From the NCBI GenBank assembly GCA_046539225.1, contig JBKHHG010000001.1, positions 1 through 45,777 on the forward strand: a stretch of 45,777 nt of DNA, in the 5' to 3' direction. The stretch is from Candidatus Nanohaloarchaea archaeon. Its GTDB lineage: Archaea; Nanohalarchaeota; Nanosalinia; Nanosalinales; Nanosalinaceae. The notes below the pieces were generated by a model. It made no database searches. It was not told the origin of the DNA and saw nothing but the letters and a program-made list of their open reading frames with translations. Both the position numbers and the translations under genes were made by a program. Of this stretch, positions 25,939 through 35,715 are shown in pieces. Position 1 is the stretch's first letter. The number at the start of each line of letters is the position of its first letter.

Positions 25939-27123
25939 ATGTGGGTTCAGAAGTACAGGCCTGAAAACCTTGAGCAGTACCGTGGGTCGAAGAAGCAGAA
26001 GCAGAAGCTGCGTAAATGGGCGGAGAACTGGGATAGTGGTTCGAAACCTGTTCTGCTGCATGGTCAGGCCGGGACGGGTAAGACTTCTCTTGTGGAGGCC
26101 TTGGCGAATGATAGAGGTTTTGAGCTTGTTGAGACCAATGCCTCGGATGTAAGGACCAAGTCAGCGTTGAAGGATGAGTTGAAGGAGGCGACGCGTCAGG
26201 CCTCGTTCTTCGGCGGCGAAAAGCTTATTTTGATTGATGAAGTTGATGGGATGGGTAGGTCGGACCGTGGTGGAGTCGCAGAGCTGAAAGAGATCGTTGA
26301 GGAGAGCCGTTTCCCCGTGATCATGACGGCGAACGATGCCTACGACCAGAAGATCAGGCCTTTAAGAAATATTTCTGAAGAGGTAAAGCTTGACTCAGTG
26401 CATACTAACTCGATTAACGCCCACCTGAAGTGGATACTTGAGAAGGAAGGCATCGGTTACGACGAGGGCGCTGTTAAGAGGGTCGCCCGGAGGGCCGGAG
26501 GCCAGATGCGGAGCGCGATCAACGACCTGGAGTCGGTTGCCCTGGGCCGAGACAGGCTCGAGAAAGAAGACGTTGAGTCGTTAAGCCAGAGGGATTCCCG
26601 ACAGGAGATCTTCGATTCTTTGAAGATAATCTTCAAGACCATGAATATTCAGAACGCGCGTCAGGCCTCGGACAACCTTGATGAAGACGCCGAGACCTTT
26701 ATGCAGTGGGTGCGGGAGAATATTCCCCGGGAATACAAGAAGAACAAAGATGTGGAGGAGGCCTACAGCTGGATTTCGAAGGCGGATCTCTTCAACGGCA
26801 GGATCAGGAAGAGGATGTCCTGGAGCTTGATGAAGTATATCTACGAGTTTTCCACTGTTGGAGTGGCTTTAAGCAAGGAACAGAAGTACAAGGGCTGGAC
26901 AAAGTACCAGTACCCTTCAAAGATTAAAAAAATGGGTTCTACCCGGGCCTCACGGAAAAAGATGGGAGAAGTAACGTCAAAGATCGGTTCCAGGCTGCAT
27001 CTCTCCCAGAACGACGTCAAGAAAGACCTTCCGTTCTACTCCAGTATAATCAAAGATGATGAAGGAATTGCTGAGCAGCTTGAGCTCGAAGAAGATGAGA
27101 AAGAGTTTGTGGAAAAGTTTTAG
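25939..27123 (+). CDS. rfcL: replication factor C large subunit (short form)
   Basis: 394 aa. 'WVQKYRPENL', 'LLHGQAGTGKTS', 'LILIDEVDGM'. It directly follows rfcS. Confidence 0.9.
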   Translation: MWVQKYRPENLEQYRGSKKQKQKLRKWAENWDSGSKPVLLHGQAGTGKTSLVEALANDRGFELVETNASDVRTKSALKDELKEATRQASFFGGEKLILIDEVDGMGRSDRGGVAELKEIVEESRFPVIMTANDAYDQKIRPLRNISEEVKLDSVHTNSINAHLKWILEKEGIGYDEGAVKRVARRAGGQMRSAINDLESVALGRDRLEKEDVESLSQRDSRQEIFDSLKIIFKTMNIQNARQASDNLDEDAETFMQWVRENIPREYKKNKDVEEAYSWISKADLFNGRIRKRMSWSLMKYIYEFSTVGVALSKEQKYKGWTKYQYPSKIKKMGSTRASRKKMGEVTSKIGSRLHLSQNDVKKDLPFYSSIIKDDEGIAEQLELEEDEKEFVEKF

Positions 27124-27431
27124 GAGATACATTGCAGATCTATTCTTTCTCCAGGCCTTGTCATTGTAACGTTGAAGCAGTTCAGGCTGTTGGAGTATAA
27201 AACTTCTGATCTGTAGTCAGTGTATCCCACAAGCTTTCTGAAGTTCTGCCTTTCGAGTCTTGTAGGCGTACTGGAAGTTATTTTTTCTGCTTCATCCTGT
27301 ACAGACACGATATGGGGTGAAGTGTCTTCTACATCGAATTCACGGGTCTGTACGTCGGAGACTACGGATGCTACAGTCATAACTGTCAGAGCGACGATAA
27401 CCGCAGATATAAGCATGAACTGGGCCTTCAC
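27120..27431 (-). CDS. small prepilin-like protein (class III signal peptide), last gene of the pilus operon
   Basis: I prefer the second GTG (27431), giving 'MKAQFMLISAVIVALTVMTVASVV'. This has the same MKA/Q leader as two upstream pilin genes and forms a GTGA overlap with the preceding stop. Confidence 0.6.
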   Translation of the reverse strand: MKAQFMLISAVIVALTVMTVASVVSDVQTREFDVEDTSPHIVSVQDEAEKITSSTPTRLERQNFRKLVGYTDYRSEVLYSNSLNCFNVTMTRPGERIDLQCIS

Positions 27432-29134
27432 TCCGACCACCTCAGGTTTATCTTGTACGGCATGTACACATCTTCTTTTATTCCTCCGATGGCCGAGGTT
27501 GAGACCTCTTCAGGCTGTACGCGGCCTTCAAACCTTACCTCATTGTTCAAGAGGTAGTATATCGAGGATGCTACAGTTTTTCTCTGGTCTTCGTTGTATG
27601 TATGATTGTGGCCGAGCAATGCGAGCTGGTCGCCGTTGAAGGTCTTGAAGCTTGCGGTGTTAGGCATCAGTTCAATGTTTTGCTGTCCCTGTGCTTTAAA
27701 GTCGGCGCATTCGCCTTCAGTTCCGCAGCCCACCAGATCTATAGAGTATTCCCTGTTCGCGACTTTGACTGACTCGCCGTTCAGGTAGAAATCGCTGTCG
27801 TAGCCTGAGCCGTTGAAGTCGAAGATTAACGCCCGGCTGTTGCAGGAGTCTCCGACCGCTATATTCAGGAAATCGATGGGGGAAGAGTCTTCAAAGTCGA
27901 CCGTGCCCTCATATGAATCTGAGCAATCTGTAGGATTCGTGCCTCCCGGGCTCATCCCTGTAACCGATCTATCCCACTCGGAGAAGTCGTACTTCGTGGA
28001 GCTTGAGTAGATCGTCTGTGAGGCCTCGAGCCTGGAGCTGGTGTTGGAAACCACTTTTCCAGGTGGGTATAGCTGGAAGTTCGGATCGCCATCGAGACCC
28101 AGGTAAAGGGTTTTGATGTCGAGCGAAGGCCTTTCAGAGGAGAAAGCTGCATCTACCGCGCCTGAACCATAGCCAGACCTGTCAGTGTCTATCCATTCGA
28201 AGCCTGTCTCTTCAAGGAGGCCTGAGTCAAGGTCGTCTTCCTCTGGATTCATTAACAGAAGTACGGGCTTCGACACCAGGTGAGATATCACCGTGTCCAT
28301 ATTGGAGTTTATATCAGGCAGGGAGTCTCTCTCCGGGAAGATCAGTATGCTGTAGTCGGAGTTCTCTATCTCGTTGAAGTCAACCATGTCGACATGTGTC
28401 GATGTCTCTATACCGTTTACCTCCTGGTTGAGGATATTCTGGATTCTGCGGGGCTGTGAGGCCTTGTAGAAGGTTGATTCTCCGGCGCCGGTATCTATAC
28501 TGTGGAACTCGAAGAAGTCGGAGGGATCGGAGTTCTCCGAGTCGCCCCAGTAGAATATCTGGTCCAGGTAGAAAGGCCCGTCACTTGATGAAAACTGGCA
28601 CTGCTGTGTGCCGTTGTCAACCCAGAGCGTGTCGAATCCCGAGGTATCGACCTCTACGCCTTTAGGATTCGTATTTGCAAAGTAGAGCCGCACCCCATAA
28701 TCTTCTTCAAGGCCTCCGCTCGTCCTGTAGATCTCGGATGTCTCCGCAAACCTTTTGAGCTCCTGGAGCTCGCCGTGGCAACGGTCTCCCGAGTCTACTT
28801 TAACAATATCCTGATTTTCACGTTTGTCTTGTACCGCAAAGTATCCTATATCGATTTGAGAGATCGGAAGGTTGGATACCGCGCCTGAAACCTCCATATC
28901 TCTGTCAGATATCTCTGTGATAGAGGTTTGGAGGCTTCCGAGCTCTCCACGGCTGAGAAAACTGGTTAAATGGCCTGAGGCCTTCATCGACCGTGTCAGA
29001 TCCTGGGAGGCTACTTCTCTCTGGAAATCGTCCCAGTCCTGGTCAGGGTTTGAAACCTCTACAGCCCCGAAGATAAACATGAATACTATAGCAGACGCCA
29101 TCATCGCCTCCAGAGCATATCCGAGGCCTTTCAC
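27428..29134 (-). CDS. large (568 aa) prepilin-like protein, putative tip or adhesin subunit
   Basis: The GTG start at 29134 (GTGA overlap) gives 'MKGLGYALEAMMASAIVFMFIFGAV'. The rest is acidic and predicted extracellular, with many N-x-S/T sequons. Confidence 0.6.
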   Translation of the reverse strand: MKGLGYALEAMMASAIVFMFIFGAVEVSNPDQDWDDFQREVASQDLTRSMKASGHLTSFLSRGELGSLQTSITEISDRDMEVSGAVSNLPISQIDIGYFAVQDKRENQDIVKVDSGDRCHGELQELKRFAETSEIYRTSGGLEEDYGVRLYFANTNPKGVEVDTSGFDTLWVDNGTQQCQFSSSDGPFYLDQIFYWGDSENSDPSDFFEFHSIDTGAGESTFYKASQPRRIQNILNQEVNGIETSTHVDMVDFNEIENSDYSILIFPERDSLPDINSNMDTVISHLVSKPVLLLMNPEEDDLDSGLLEETGFEWIDTDRSGYGSGAVDAAFSSERPSLDIKTLYLGLDGDPNFQLYPPGKVVSNTSSRLEASQTIYSSSTKYDFSEWDRSVTGMSPGGTNPTDCSDSYEGTVDFEDSSPIDFLNIAVGDSCNSRALIFDFNGSGYDSDFYLNGESVKVANREYSIDLVGCGTEGECADFKAQGQQNIELMPNTASFKTFNGDQLALLGHNHTYNEDQRKTVASSIYYLLNNEVRFEGRVQPEEVSTSAIGGIKEDVYMPYKINLRWSE

Positions 29135-29964
29135 CAAGTCAGCACCTCCATCTTCACTACATCAGTCGAACTTGAAGAATCCTCCATAAGAGGATACCTG
29201 TTTAGTTTTGCCCGGGTTCCCTCAGCGGCATCAGGACTTCTCCCAACATGTTTGAGATGAGAGCTCAACACTATAGAAGCTCCAGGCCTTCTATCCCTGT
29301 TCTGAATCTTTTCGATCGTAAAGGTTCTACCCCCCGCAGTAAATGTATCGCCCTCCGTCTTAGGATCGGCCGAAAAGTCCCAGTCAAAGGTTGTCACATA
29401 GGTCGTGTTGTAGCTGCCGTCGAAGGCCGCCATCAGAAACCTGATGTCCTGTCCTTCCAAAGTAGTCTCTCCGTAATGGATCCTGTTCTGGGCGTTACTG
29501 TAGTACCCTGAATTCGGCTCATCTATATCAGGGTCTGAAGGCGGGTCTCCCCGGATAAAGTTTCTATGTGTCTCCACCACAGGATGCCAGGTAAAGTTGA
29601 AGCTGTACCGGTGTTCAAGGCCTAAATCTTCTACCATATTGCTGTAGTTGTAGTGGCCGGGTTCAGCAGTCTCAAGCATAGCCAGTTTGGACCGGTCGAT
29701 CCGCATCTCTTCCGAGGCAAGGCCTAACATCTCAGTGTCTTCAGGATGGTTCTCCCAGTCTGTTCCTCCACTGCCGTTTGAATGGCGGCCCTCCGAGTTC
29801 AGGATCAGGTCGGTGGTCTTCTTGGCCTCAAGGTTTTTCTCGGTTGTGCCAGCATAGGTGTTGAACTGGGGAATATCCGAAAGTGTTACCGTTAATACTG
29901 CTACAAGCACAGCGAGAAAGAACAGGAAGGATCCTGAGAACTCCAGTGTTGTCTGTCCTTTCAT
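29131..29964 (-). CDS. prepilin-like protein (class III signal peptide)
   Basis: 277 aa. In 'MKGQTTLEFSGSFLFFLAVLVAVLTVTL', the KG/Q cleavage context with Glu at +5 resembles Methanococcus Epd pilins. Confidence 0.65.
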   Translation of the reverse strand: MKGQTTLEFSGSFLFFLAVLVAVLTVTLSDIPQFNTYAGTTEKNLEAKKTTDLILNSEGRHSNGSGGTDWENHPEDTEMLGLASEEMRIDRSKLAMLETAEPGHYNYSNMVEDLGLEHRYSFNFTWHPVVETHRNFIRGDPPSDPDIDEPNSGYYSNAQNRIHYGETTLEGQDIRFLMAAFDGSYNTTYVTTFDWDFSADPKTEGDTFTAGGRTFTIEKIQNRDRRPGASIVLSSHLKHVGRSPDAAEGTRAKLNRYPLMEDSSSSTDVVKMEVLTW

Positions 29965-29968
29965 AGTT

Positions 29969-30994
29969 CTAAAACCCCATAGGCCTTATCAGGTACATGT
30001 AGACCGCGAAGGCCACCGGTAGCATGATTAAAGCGTGTTTTATTCCTGCGCTTGGCGATCCTTCCGATATCTGGCCTGCGACCGCTGCACTGCTCGCTCC
30101 CTGGATCATAAGCATCGCGAAGAGCACTGATTTGTAGTAGGCCATCTGACCGTATGCCATTTCCTCTGCGGCACCGCTACCAAGATCTGTTATGTTTCCG
30201 GGCACGAATCCGAACACCTGTGCGATACCGCAGAACGGATCCGCGTAACCGATTTCTCCGCTGCAGAAGTTTGTTGCTCCGCCTTCTCCTCCAAGCAACT
30301 GACCCACGTTTTCAATCGTCCCGGGTTCAGGCGATCCAAGGCCTAAAAGCTGTTGCATCAGGAAGTAGACTCCTACAGTGATGCCTATGAACAGGAAGTA
30401 GATGACGTACATTATAACAAGCTGCTGTTTCAACGCAGATTTTTTCTCCCGTATAACCTCTCTAAGCATTGTGGCGTTGTCCGCAACCGATTCAATGGTT
30501 TCGGTGATGTTGCCGCCGCTCCTGTAGCTCTGGAGGATGATCGAAAGCGATTCCTGTATAACCGGTGAATCCTCCACTCTTCTCGAGAAACGTTCCATAA
30601 CCTCTGGGAACGGTATCCCCCATGAAAGCTGGTTGTGAACCTTTTCTATCTCCTGATTTAAACGGCCGTAGTCGGTCTCCTTAGCGGACTCGAAGGATCT
30701 AAGAACAGTCATTCCGCCTCTTTTTGACTCGGCCAGGTCTTTCAGGAAAGCGGGGAACTGTCTCTCCATCTCGGAGATTGCCCGGTTCCTGAGGAACGAA
30801 ACTATACCATACGGCAGTATCGAGATCAGAAGGCCTAAAATCATCATGAGGCCTCCGTTCTGCACCGAGATATAGGAGTAGACTATCATGCCCAATAGAA
30901 TTGTAACTCCTCCGACCGCAAGGCTTCCAAATATCACCTTGTCCTCGGTCGAGTATCCGGGTTCGTACTCCTCCTCTTTGAAGAAGTCTATCAT
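29969..30994 (-). CDS. type IV pilus platform membrane protein, TadC/FlaJ-like (T2SS-F domain), half 2
   Basis: 341 aa. Cytoplasmic helical domain 'ISEMERQFPAFLKDLAESKRGGMTVLRSFE...WGIPFPEVMERF' lies between TM segments. ATGA overlap with the upstream half. Confidence 0.75.
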   Translation of the reverse strand: MIDFFKEEEYEPGYSTEDKVIFGSLAVGGVTILLGMIVYSYISVQNGGLMMILGLLISILPYGIVSFLRNRAISEMERQFPAFLKDLAESKRGGMTVLRSFESAKETDYGRLNQEIEKVHNQLSWGIPFPEVMERFSRRVEDSPVIQESLSIILQSYRSGGNITETIESVADNATMLREVIREKKSALKQQLVIMYVIYFLFIGITVGVYFLMQQLLGLGSPEPGTIENVGQLLGGEGGATNFCSGEIGYADPFCGIAQVFGFVPGNITDLGSGAAEEMAYGQMAYYKSVLFAMLMIQGASSAAVAGQISEGSPSAGIKHALIMLPVAFAVYMYLIRPMGF

Positions 30995-31872
30995 CTTATA
31001 CCACCTGGCGACATGCCTCTAACCAGTATGATAAACATTCCGGAAATTAAAGGCAACCCAAAGAATATTGCAAGCAGCTGTATACCCACGATCATATTGT
31101 CGCTCATGTTCTGAGATATAGTGCTCATAATCGCGCTCATTGATGTAAAGATGATCGAACCCACTACGACAACGGTAATATACATTTCAACGAGCAGCGA
31201 AAGATTCTTGGAGAACTCCTGAACCCTTCTCTTGTACTCGTTCATCAAGGTCTCAGCTCTCTGATTCAAGAACTGTCTCAGTGAGCCTCCAGTGGTTATA
31301 ACATGGTTAATACCCCACATCAGCTCCTTGTAATCCTCTGAAGGGCTTCTATTCGCTGATTTCTCCAGGGCCTCGCTCATATCCATTCCAAAAGTCTCCA
31401 CATCCCTTGAGATCTTTGCAGCTTCCCTTGAAACCTCTCCGTACTCCTCTGTCTCCGAAAGATTCTTGAATATCTGCGGCAGCGGCGTCCCCGTGCCTGC
31501 AAGGGTAGCCAGATACATTGTAGCGAACGGTAGAGTATCCTTAATCTTCGAAGCCCGGTTTCTTACAAGTATTGACGGATAGATATAGAATCCGAGAGCT
31601 GATAGAGATGTGAGTACCATTGAAGAGATTAGAGCGATGAAGACGCCGGGGAGGCCCGCTGATAGAACAAAGAACGTGCCTCCAACCGTTAAAGTCATGA
31701 GGCCTACGATTCCAACGGTGAAAAGCATCATACTGATGTATTCAGGAAGATTGATCTCTATACCGGCCTTTGAAAGTTTAGGCCTCAGGTCCTCGAAGTA
31801 CTCTACAAGCTCCAGGGCATAGCTTCCTACCTGGTTATAACAGAACGCGGCGTATTTTTCAAGCATCTTCAA
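30991..31872 (-). CDS. type IV pilus platform membrane protein, TadB/FlaJ-like (T2SS-F domain), half 1
   Basis: 293 aa from TTG 31872, or 291 aa from ATG 31866. 'DTLPFATMYLATLAGTGTPLPQIFKNLSE...GMDMSEALEKSA' plus flanking TM segments. It overlaps the ATPase stop. Confidence 0.72.
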   Translation of the reverse strand: MKMLEKYAAFCYNQVGSYALELVEYFEDLRPKLSKAGIEINLPEYISMMLFTVGIVGLMTLTVGGTFFVLSAGLPGVFIALISSMVLTSLSALGFYIYPSILVRNRASKIKDTLPFATMYLATLAGTGTPLPQIFKNLSETEEYGEVSREAAKISRDVETFGMDMSEALEKSANRSPSEDYKELMWGINHVITTGGSLRQFLNQRAETLMNEYKRRVQEFSKNLSLLVEMYITVVVVGSIIFTSMSAIMSTISQNMSDNMIVGIQLLAIFFGLPLISGMFIILVRGMSPGGIR

Positions 31873-33568
31873 TTTCTATTTCTTCTTCTCTGGAGTTAAA
31901 TGTTTCTCCTATCTTCTCCATAACTGACTCGGGATCGGTGTAGTAACGTGATATCACGTCGCCGACGTCACGGTAATGCTTGATCTGATCCTGCTGCATA
32001 TAGTTCATGACATGCTGCTTGTTCTTCAGCTCCTGCTGCAGGTCCTCGTATTCGCGGCCGCTCTGATCCGCGATATCCTTCAGAAGCATCGACTTGTTCT
32101 CCACTCTGTACTCATCGGTTTCAGGGTTCCAGCCAAAGACTTTGTTGGCGTCAATGCCTTTCCTCTTGTCGTATCCCAGGACCTCGTAAAGGCCTGTAAC
32201 CCTTCTAATATAGTTTCCATCCCTTCTGATCCTCTTTATAAGCATCACGAGGTCCAGCGTCTCAATCAAGGATGGAGAAAGATCGATAGGCTGAGTGGTC
32301 AAACGGTCCATAAGCATTTCAAGCGAGTCGGCGTGGATAGTGCTTAAACCGGTGTGGCCCGTAGCCATCTGCTGGAAAAGGATGTAGGCCTCTTCACCCC
32401 TGACCTCACCGACAATAATGTACTCAGGCCTTTGACGCAGCGACTCTTTCAGCAGGTTGTCCATCGATACTTCTCCTCCTTCATCCGCGCTGCTTCCGAA
32501 CCCGCTTCTCGCAACCTCCGGCACCCAGTGGTCGTGCGGAAGTCTTAACTCCGGCGTATCCTCGATCGAGACGATCTTCTTTTCAGGCCTGATGAATAGA
32601 GACAGAGAGTTCAGCTGGGAGGTTTTACCCGATCCCGTTGTTCCACATACAAGTATCGACTTTCCATGCTCTACCAGTGTCCACAGGTAGGAGTATATCT
32701 GCGCGTTCTCGGTCTCAAAGTCCATCATGTGCACCGGCGTCAACGGATCCTCTGTGAAACGCCGGATTGTAAAGTTTGAACCTTTCCTGGCGATGTCCGT
32801 AGCCAACGTGGCCTGGACACGTGAACCATCAGGCAGCGAACCGTCGAGAAGGGGCTCCGAAACCGAGATCGATTTACCACATCTCTGCGCCAGCTTCATC
32901 ACGAACTTGTCCAGCTCCTCGGGATCGTTCCACTCAAGCGATGTCTTGACGGATCCGAACTTGGGATTCCTGTGGTATGCATAGACCGGGATATCCGTTC
33001 CATCGCATGAAATATCTTCGACCTCTGTATCATTCATCAAGGGCTGCAACTTGCCTAAACCTGCGAAGTCTCTCTTCGTGTAGTAACGCACGATCTCCCG
33101 CTGCCGTTCATCAAGGGAAATATCGTACTTGTCGACGATCATATCGATCTTCTCCGAGAGATACTCGTCGGCCTCTCCGCCCTCCAGCTCTGAAAGAGTG
33201 ATGTCAAAGCTTCTCTCCATTATATCCTGGATCCTGTTGAGAACGGCTTCAGTTCTCGAAGTCAACTCGGGCTCTATAACATGATACTTTAGCTCCCCGG
33301 CACTTTCATCCCAGGCAATATAGGCCCAGGCATAGACTATCTCACCTTCATCCGGGTCAGCGGGTATCAACGGGTACTTTACCTCTACATCCGTCAAGTT
33401 CTCTTGTTCACTCGTCTCTTCAACCATGCCCGGATTGAAAGGGCCTGGCCGGGGAATATCCACTCCTTCACCGGTCGAGGCCTCTTCCTCCTTCTCATCG
33501 TCTTCATACATTTCAGGATGTTTAACCCTTCTCAGGTTTTCTATAAGGCCTTTCATCTTTATACTCAT
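31859..33568 (-). CDS. FlaI/PilB/GspE-family type IV pilus assembly ATPase
   Basis: 569 aa. 'YHVIEPELT', Walker A 'VCGTTGSGKTS', 'IIVGEVRGEEA' (Walker B/Asp box), 'TGHTGLSTIHA' (His box). Confidence 0.9.
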   Translation of the reverse strand: MSIKMKGLIENLRRVKHPEMYEDDEKEEEASTGEGVDIPRPGPFNPGMVEETSEQENLTDVEVKYPLIPADPDEGEIVYAWAYIAWDESAGELKYHVIEPELTSRTEAVLNRIQDIMERSFDITLSELEGGEADEYLSEKIDMIVDKYDISLDERQREIVRYYTKRDFAGLGKLQPLMNDTEVEDISCDGTDIPVYAYHRNPKFGSVKTSLEWNDPEELDKFVMKLAQRCGKSISVSEPLLDGSLPDGSRVQATLATDIARKGSNFTIRRFTEDPLTPVHMMDFETENAQIYSYLWTLVEHGKSILVCGTTGSGKTSQLNSLSLFIRPEKKIVSIEDTPELRLPHDHWVPEVARSGFGSSADEGGEVSMDNLLKESLRQRPEYIIVGEVRGEEAYILFQQMATGHTGLSTIHADSLEMLMDRLTTQPIDLSPSLIETLDLVMLIKRIRRDGNYIRRVTGLYEVLGYDKRKGIDANKVFGWNPETDEYRVENKSMLLKDIADQSGREYEDLQQELKNKQHVMNYMQQDQIKHYRDVGDVISRYYTDPESVMEKIGETFNSREEEIEIEDA

Positions 33569-33957
33569 CAGGCGTCCACCAGTTCAAAACCATCAGGTTC
33601 CCGGTAAAGTCTTACCTCGCCCGAACCCGAGCCTTCAAAGTTTTCGTTCAATGGCATCCGGGTTTCATAGCTTTCTTCCCCGACCTCCACAGTAATGTTT
33701 TCGCCAAGTACAACTCTGTAATCCCTGTTTGAAATATCTTCCGGCAGCTCCAGGTCGCGGTAGGCCTCTCCCTGTACAGGCCTTAAAGAGTTCACATTGT
33801 CGATTACTTCTTCCGAAACCATCCGGGCCTCCACTTTTTCGGAAGTATCGTAGACGCCGTTGCTGTAGCTGTCGAACGTCGTTATTATCCCTATCGCGGC
33901 CATCAATCCCAGGCCAAACGTCAGAACCGATTCCACTGCGAGGTACTGGGCTTTCAC
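33568..33957 (-). CDS. prepilin-like protein (class III signal peptide)
   Basis: 129 aa with a GTG start in a GTGA overlap. 'MKAQYLAVESVLTFGLGLMAAIGIITTF'. Confidence 0.65.
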   Translation of the reverse strand: MKAQYLAVESVLTFGLGLMAAIGIITTFDSYSNGVYDTSEKVEARMVSEEVIDNVNSLRPVQGEAYRDLELPEDISNRDYRVVLGENITVEVGEESYETRMPLNENFEGSGSGEVRLYREPDGFELVDA

Positions 33958-34601
33958 TGGAGGCTCACCTCTACAACGGTTCTCTTCCTGTCGATCTGTT
34001 CGCCTGTCTGGAGCTCGAAGCTGTTCTCATCAGTCTCCTCTCCCTGATTTACTACTGATATAGTGGTTTCGCCCGTGCTTCTTTCCGCTCCTGAGGTCTT
34101 GAGATCTGTCAACTGTATCTCCGGTTCAGAAAACCTTTCATCCAGAAGGTTTCGGAACTCTATTCTATAGGTTACTTGAGCCTCTGATCCCTGAGAGGTC
34201 ACCGCTACAACGCCTGAAGAGTCCTGGCCTCTTATACCGTAGTCACCTGAAGCAAAGGAGAGGCCTTGAAGGCTGTTACCGTCCAAGAGCCTCCAGGAAT
34301 CCTGTGGATAACGTGAAGTACTTGTAGAAGCTGTAATATCTATATAGTTTCCTGTCTCGTTTACATAAACATCTCCTTTCTGAAGCCGCAGGTCTATCTC
34401 GGATCCCGAGTTTGTGCCCGCATTACTAACGGACTCTATCTCCTGTTTCAGGCCTATCACATCGCTTTCCACCTGATCTACCTGGGCCTGGCTCTCGCGT
34501 TTTTCCAGAAGCGGTGTACCCCATACGTAGACCGCGGCGATAGTACCGACCATGATACCGGTTATCATCACTGCTGTAACGGCCTGTGTCTGGGCTTTCA
34601 T
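33954..34601 (-). CDS. prepilin-like protein (class III signal peptide)
   Basis: 215 aa. 'MKAQTQAVTAVMITGIMVGTIAAVYVW'. It has its own TATA-like element upstream. Confidence 0.68.
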   Translation of the reverse strand: MKAQTQAVTAVMITGIMVGTIAAVYVWGTPLLEKRESQAQVDQVESDVIGLKQEIESVSNAGTNSGSEIDLRLQKGDVYVNETGNYIDITASTSTSRYPQDSWRLLDGNSLQGLSFASGDYGIRGQDSSGVVAVTSQGSEAQVTYRIEFRNLLDERFSEPEIQLTDLKTSGAERSTGETTISVVNQGEETDENSFELQTGEQIDRKRTVVEVSLQ

Positions 34602-34625
34602 TGTCGAAGAATTGCCGAGGCCTGA

Positions 34626-34637
34626 ATATAAAATAAA
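34626..34637 (-). promoter_or_regulatory. TATA-like element (TTTATTTTATAT) upstream of the 33954-34601 pilin gene
   Basis: It lies 25-36 nt upstream of ATG 34601 in a 58-bp intergenic gap. Confidence 0.4.
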
Positions 34638-34659
34638 GGGAAAAGATATGTGAAAGAAA

Positions 34660-35187
34660 TCAGCAGGTCGCGCTTGAGCTTGTCGATGGGCTACAGGTGT
34701 AGGAAACGATTTCCTCTCCAGACTCCTGTTCTACAATGTGGAGCGTAACCTCATCATCAGGATCTACCATTGAAACCCCTGTGTCACATGTTGCTGTCGT
34801 ACCAGGACCGAACTCCTGGATATCCGAGGGGGCGTCAGCGGTGAAGCATTCATGAGTTCCTGTATCCGATAGCTGGTCGAATGCGGTAATTGCTGTATCT
34901 CTCTCCAGGCGTTCCTCTCCTGGAACACTGTACTCCATCCTTGCCACTTCAGTCAGGTTGTACTCCTCTTCACCTTCGTTCTGGATCCTGATCTCCATAC
35001 TTCCTGGAGAAGAACCGTTTCTCATAACTGTCTGGAAGTTGATATCTACTTCTTCAAGGAATCCTGTATCCGGTTCCTGTACAAGGCCTTGGAACTGTGT
35101 ATAAACTACTCCTACAGCTCCTACTGTAACAAGCAGCAGTAATACGATCGCGATTACGGGTGTAATACCCTTTCTTGTATCTAACAT
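34660..35187 (-). CDS. archaeal type IV pilin (Pilin_N/DUF1628-type N-terminus)
   Basis: 175 aa. 'MLDTRKGITPVIAIVLLLLVTVGAVGVVY' is the classic R/K-G-(I/V)-(S/T)-P-V-I motif. Cys residues are present in the globular part and at the C-terminus. Confidence 0.82.
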   Translation of the reverse strand: MLDTRKGITPVIAIVLLLLVTVGAVGVVYTQFQGLVQEPDTGFLEEVDINFQTVMRNGSSPGSMEIRIQNEGEEEYNLTEVARMEYSVPGEERLERDTAITAFDQLSDTGTHECFTADAPSDIQEFGPGTTATCDTGVSMVDPDDEVTLHIVEQESGEEIVSYTCSPSTSSSATC

Positions 35188-35215
35188 AGTACCTATGTAA
35201 AGTTCCTTCTCCCGG

Positions 35216-35224
35216 TTTAAATAA
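35216..35224 (-). promoter_or_regulatory. TATA-like element (TTATTTAAA) upstream of the 34660-35187 pilin gene
   Basis: It lies about 29-37 nt upstream of ATG 35187. A GGGAGAAGGA purine tract sits between it and the ATG. Confidence 0.35.
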
Positions 35225-35235
35225 GTTTAAGAGTT

Positions 35236-35715
35236 TCAGCAGAAATTACCGCCTTCGCTGTAGCATATGTAGCTGTCAGAGGACCTATAGGGTGCGTTAA
35301 ACGAGAACTCCACCGAGTCACCTGATGAAGGATAGCTAACCGTAGAATTAAACCCTACTATCTCTCCAGGATCTATGGATTCATCGCCGCCCCTGCTGCT
35401 GTCAAAGTACTCCCAGGACTGAGGCCTTCCCTCGACGTACAGGTTCCAGAGCTTTGTACCGTCTCTCTCAATATCCAGGGTTACAGAACCCGAGTTCTCC
35501 ACATCGATCATGAGGTATCCATTCGTTCCCCTGTAAGCCCGGTCAACTCTGATATCCGAGGCCTCCACCATTTCATCGTGCTCCATCTCGTCTTCAAGGC
35601 CTGTCTGGAGATCATCGATCGTCCCCTCAAGAAAGACTGATGCGGATCCTACCGCGGCCACAGCTATCAACATTAGAAGAGTGGTGGCGACTACCGGCGT
35701 GATTCCCTTACTCAT
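35236..35715 (-). CDS. archaeal type IV pilin (Pilin_N/DUF1628-type N-terminus)
   Basis: 159 aa. 'MSKGITPVVATTLLMLIAVAAVGSASVF'. It is a paralogue of the next gene and has a C-terminal Cys pair 'ICYSEGGNFC'. Confidence 0.82.
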   Translation of the reverse strand: MSKGITPVVATTLLMLIAVAAVGSASVFLEGTIDDLQTGLEDEMEHDEMVEASDIRVDRAYRGTNGYLMIDVENSGSVTLDIERDGTKLWNLYVEGRPQSWEYFDSSRGGDESIDPGEIVGFNSTVSYPSSGDSVEFSFNAPYRSSDSYICYSEGGNFC

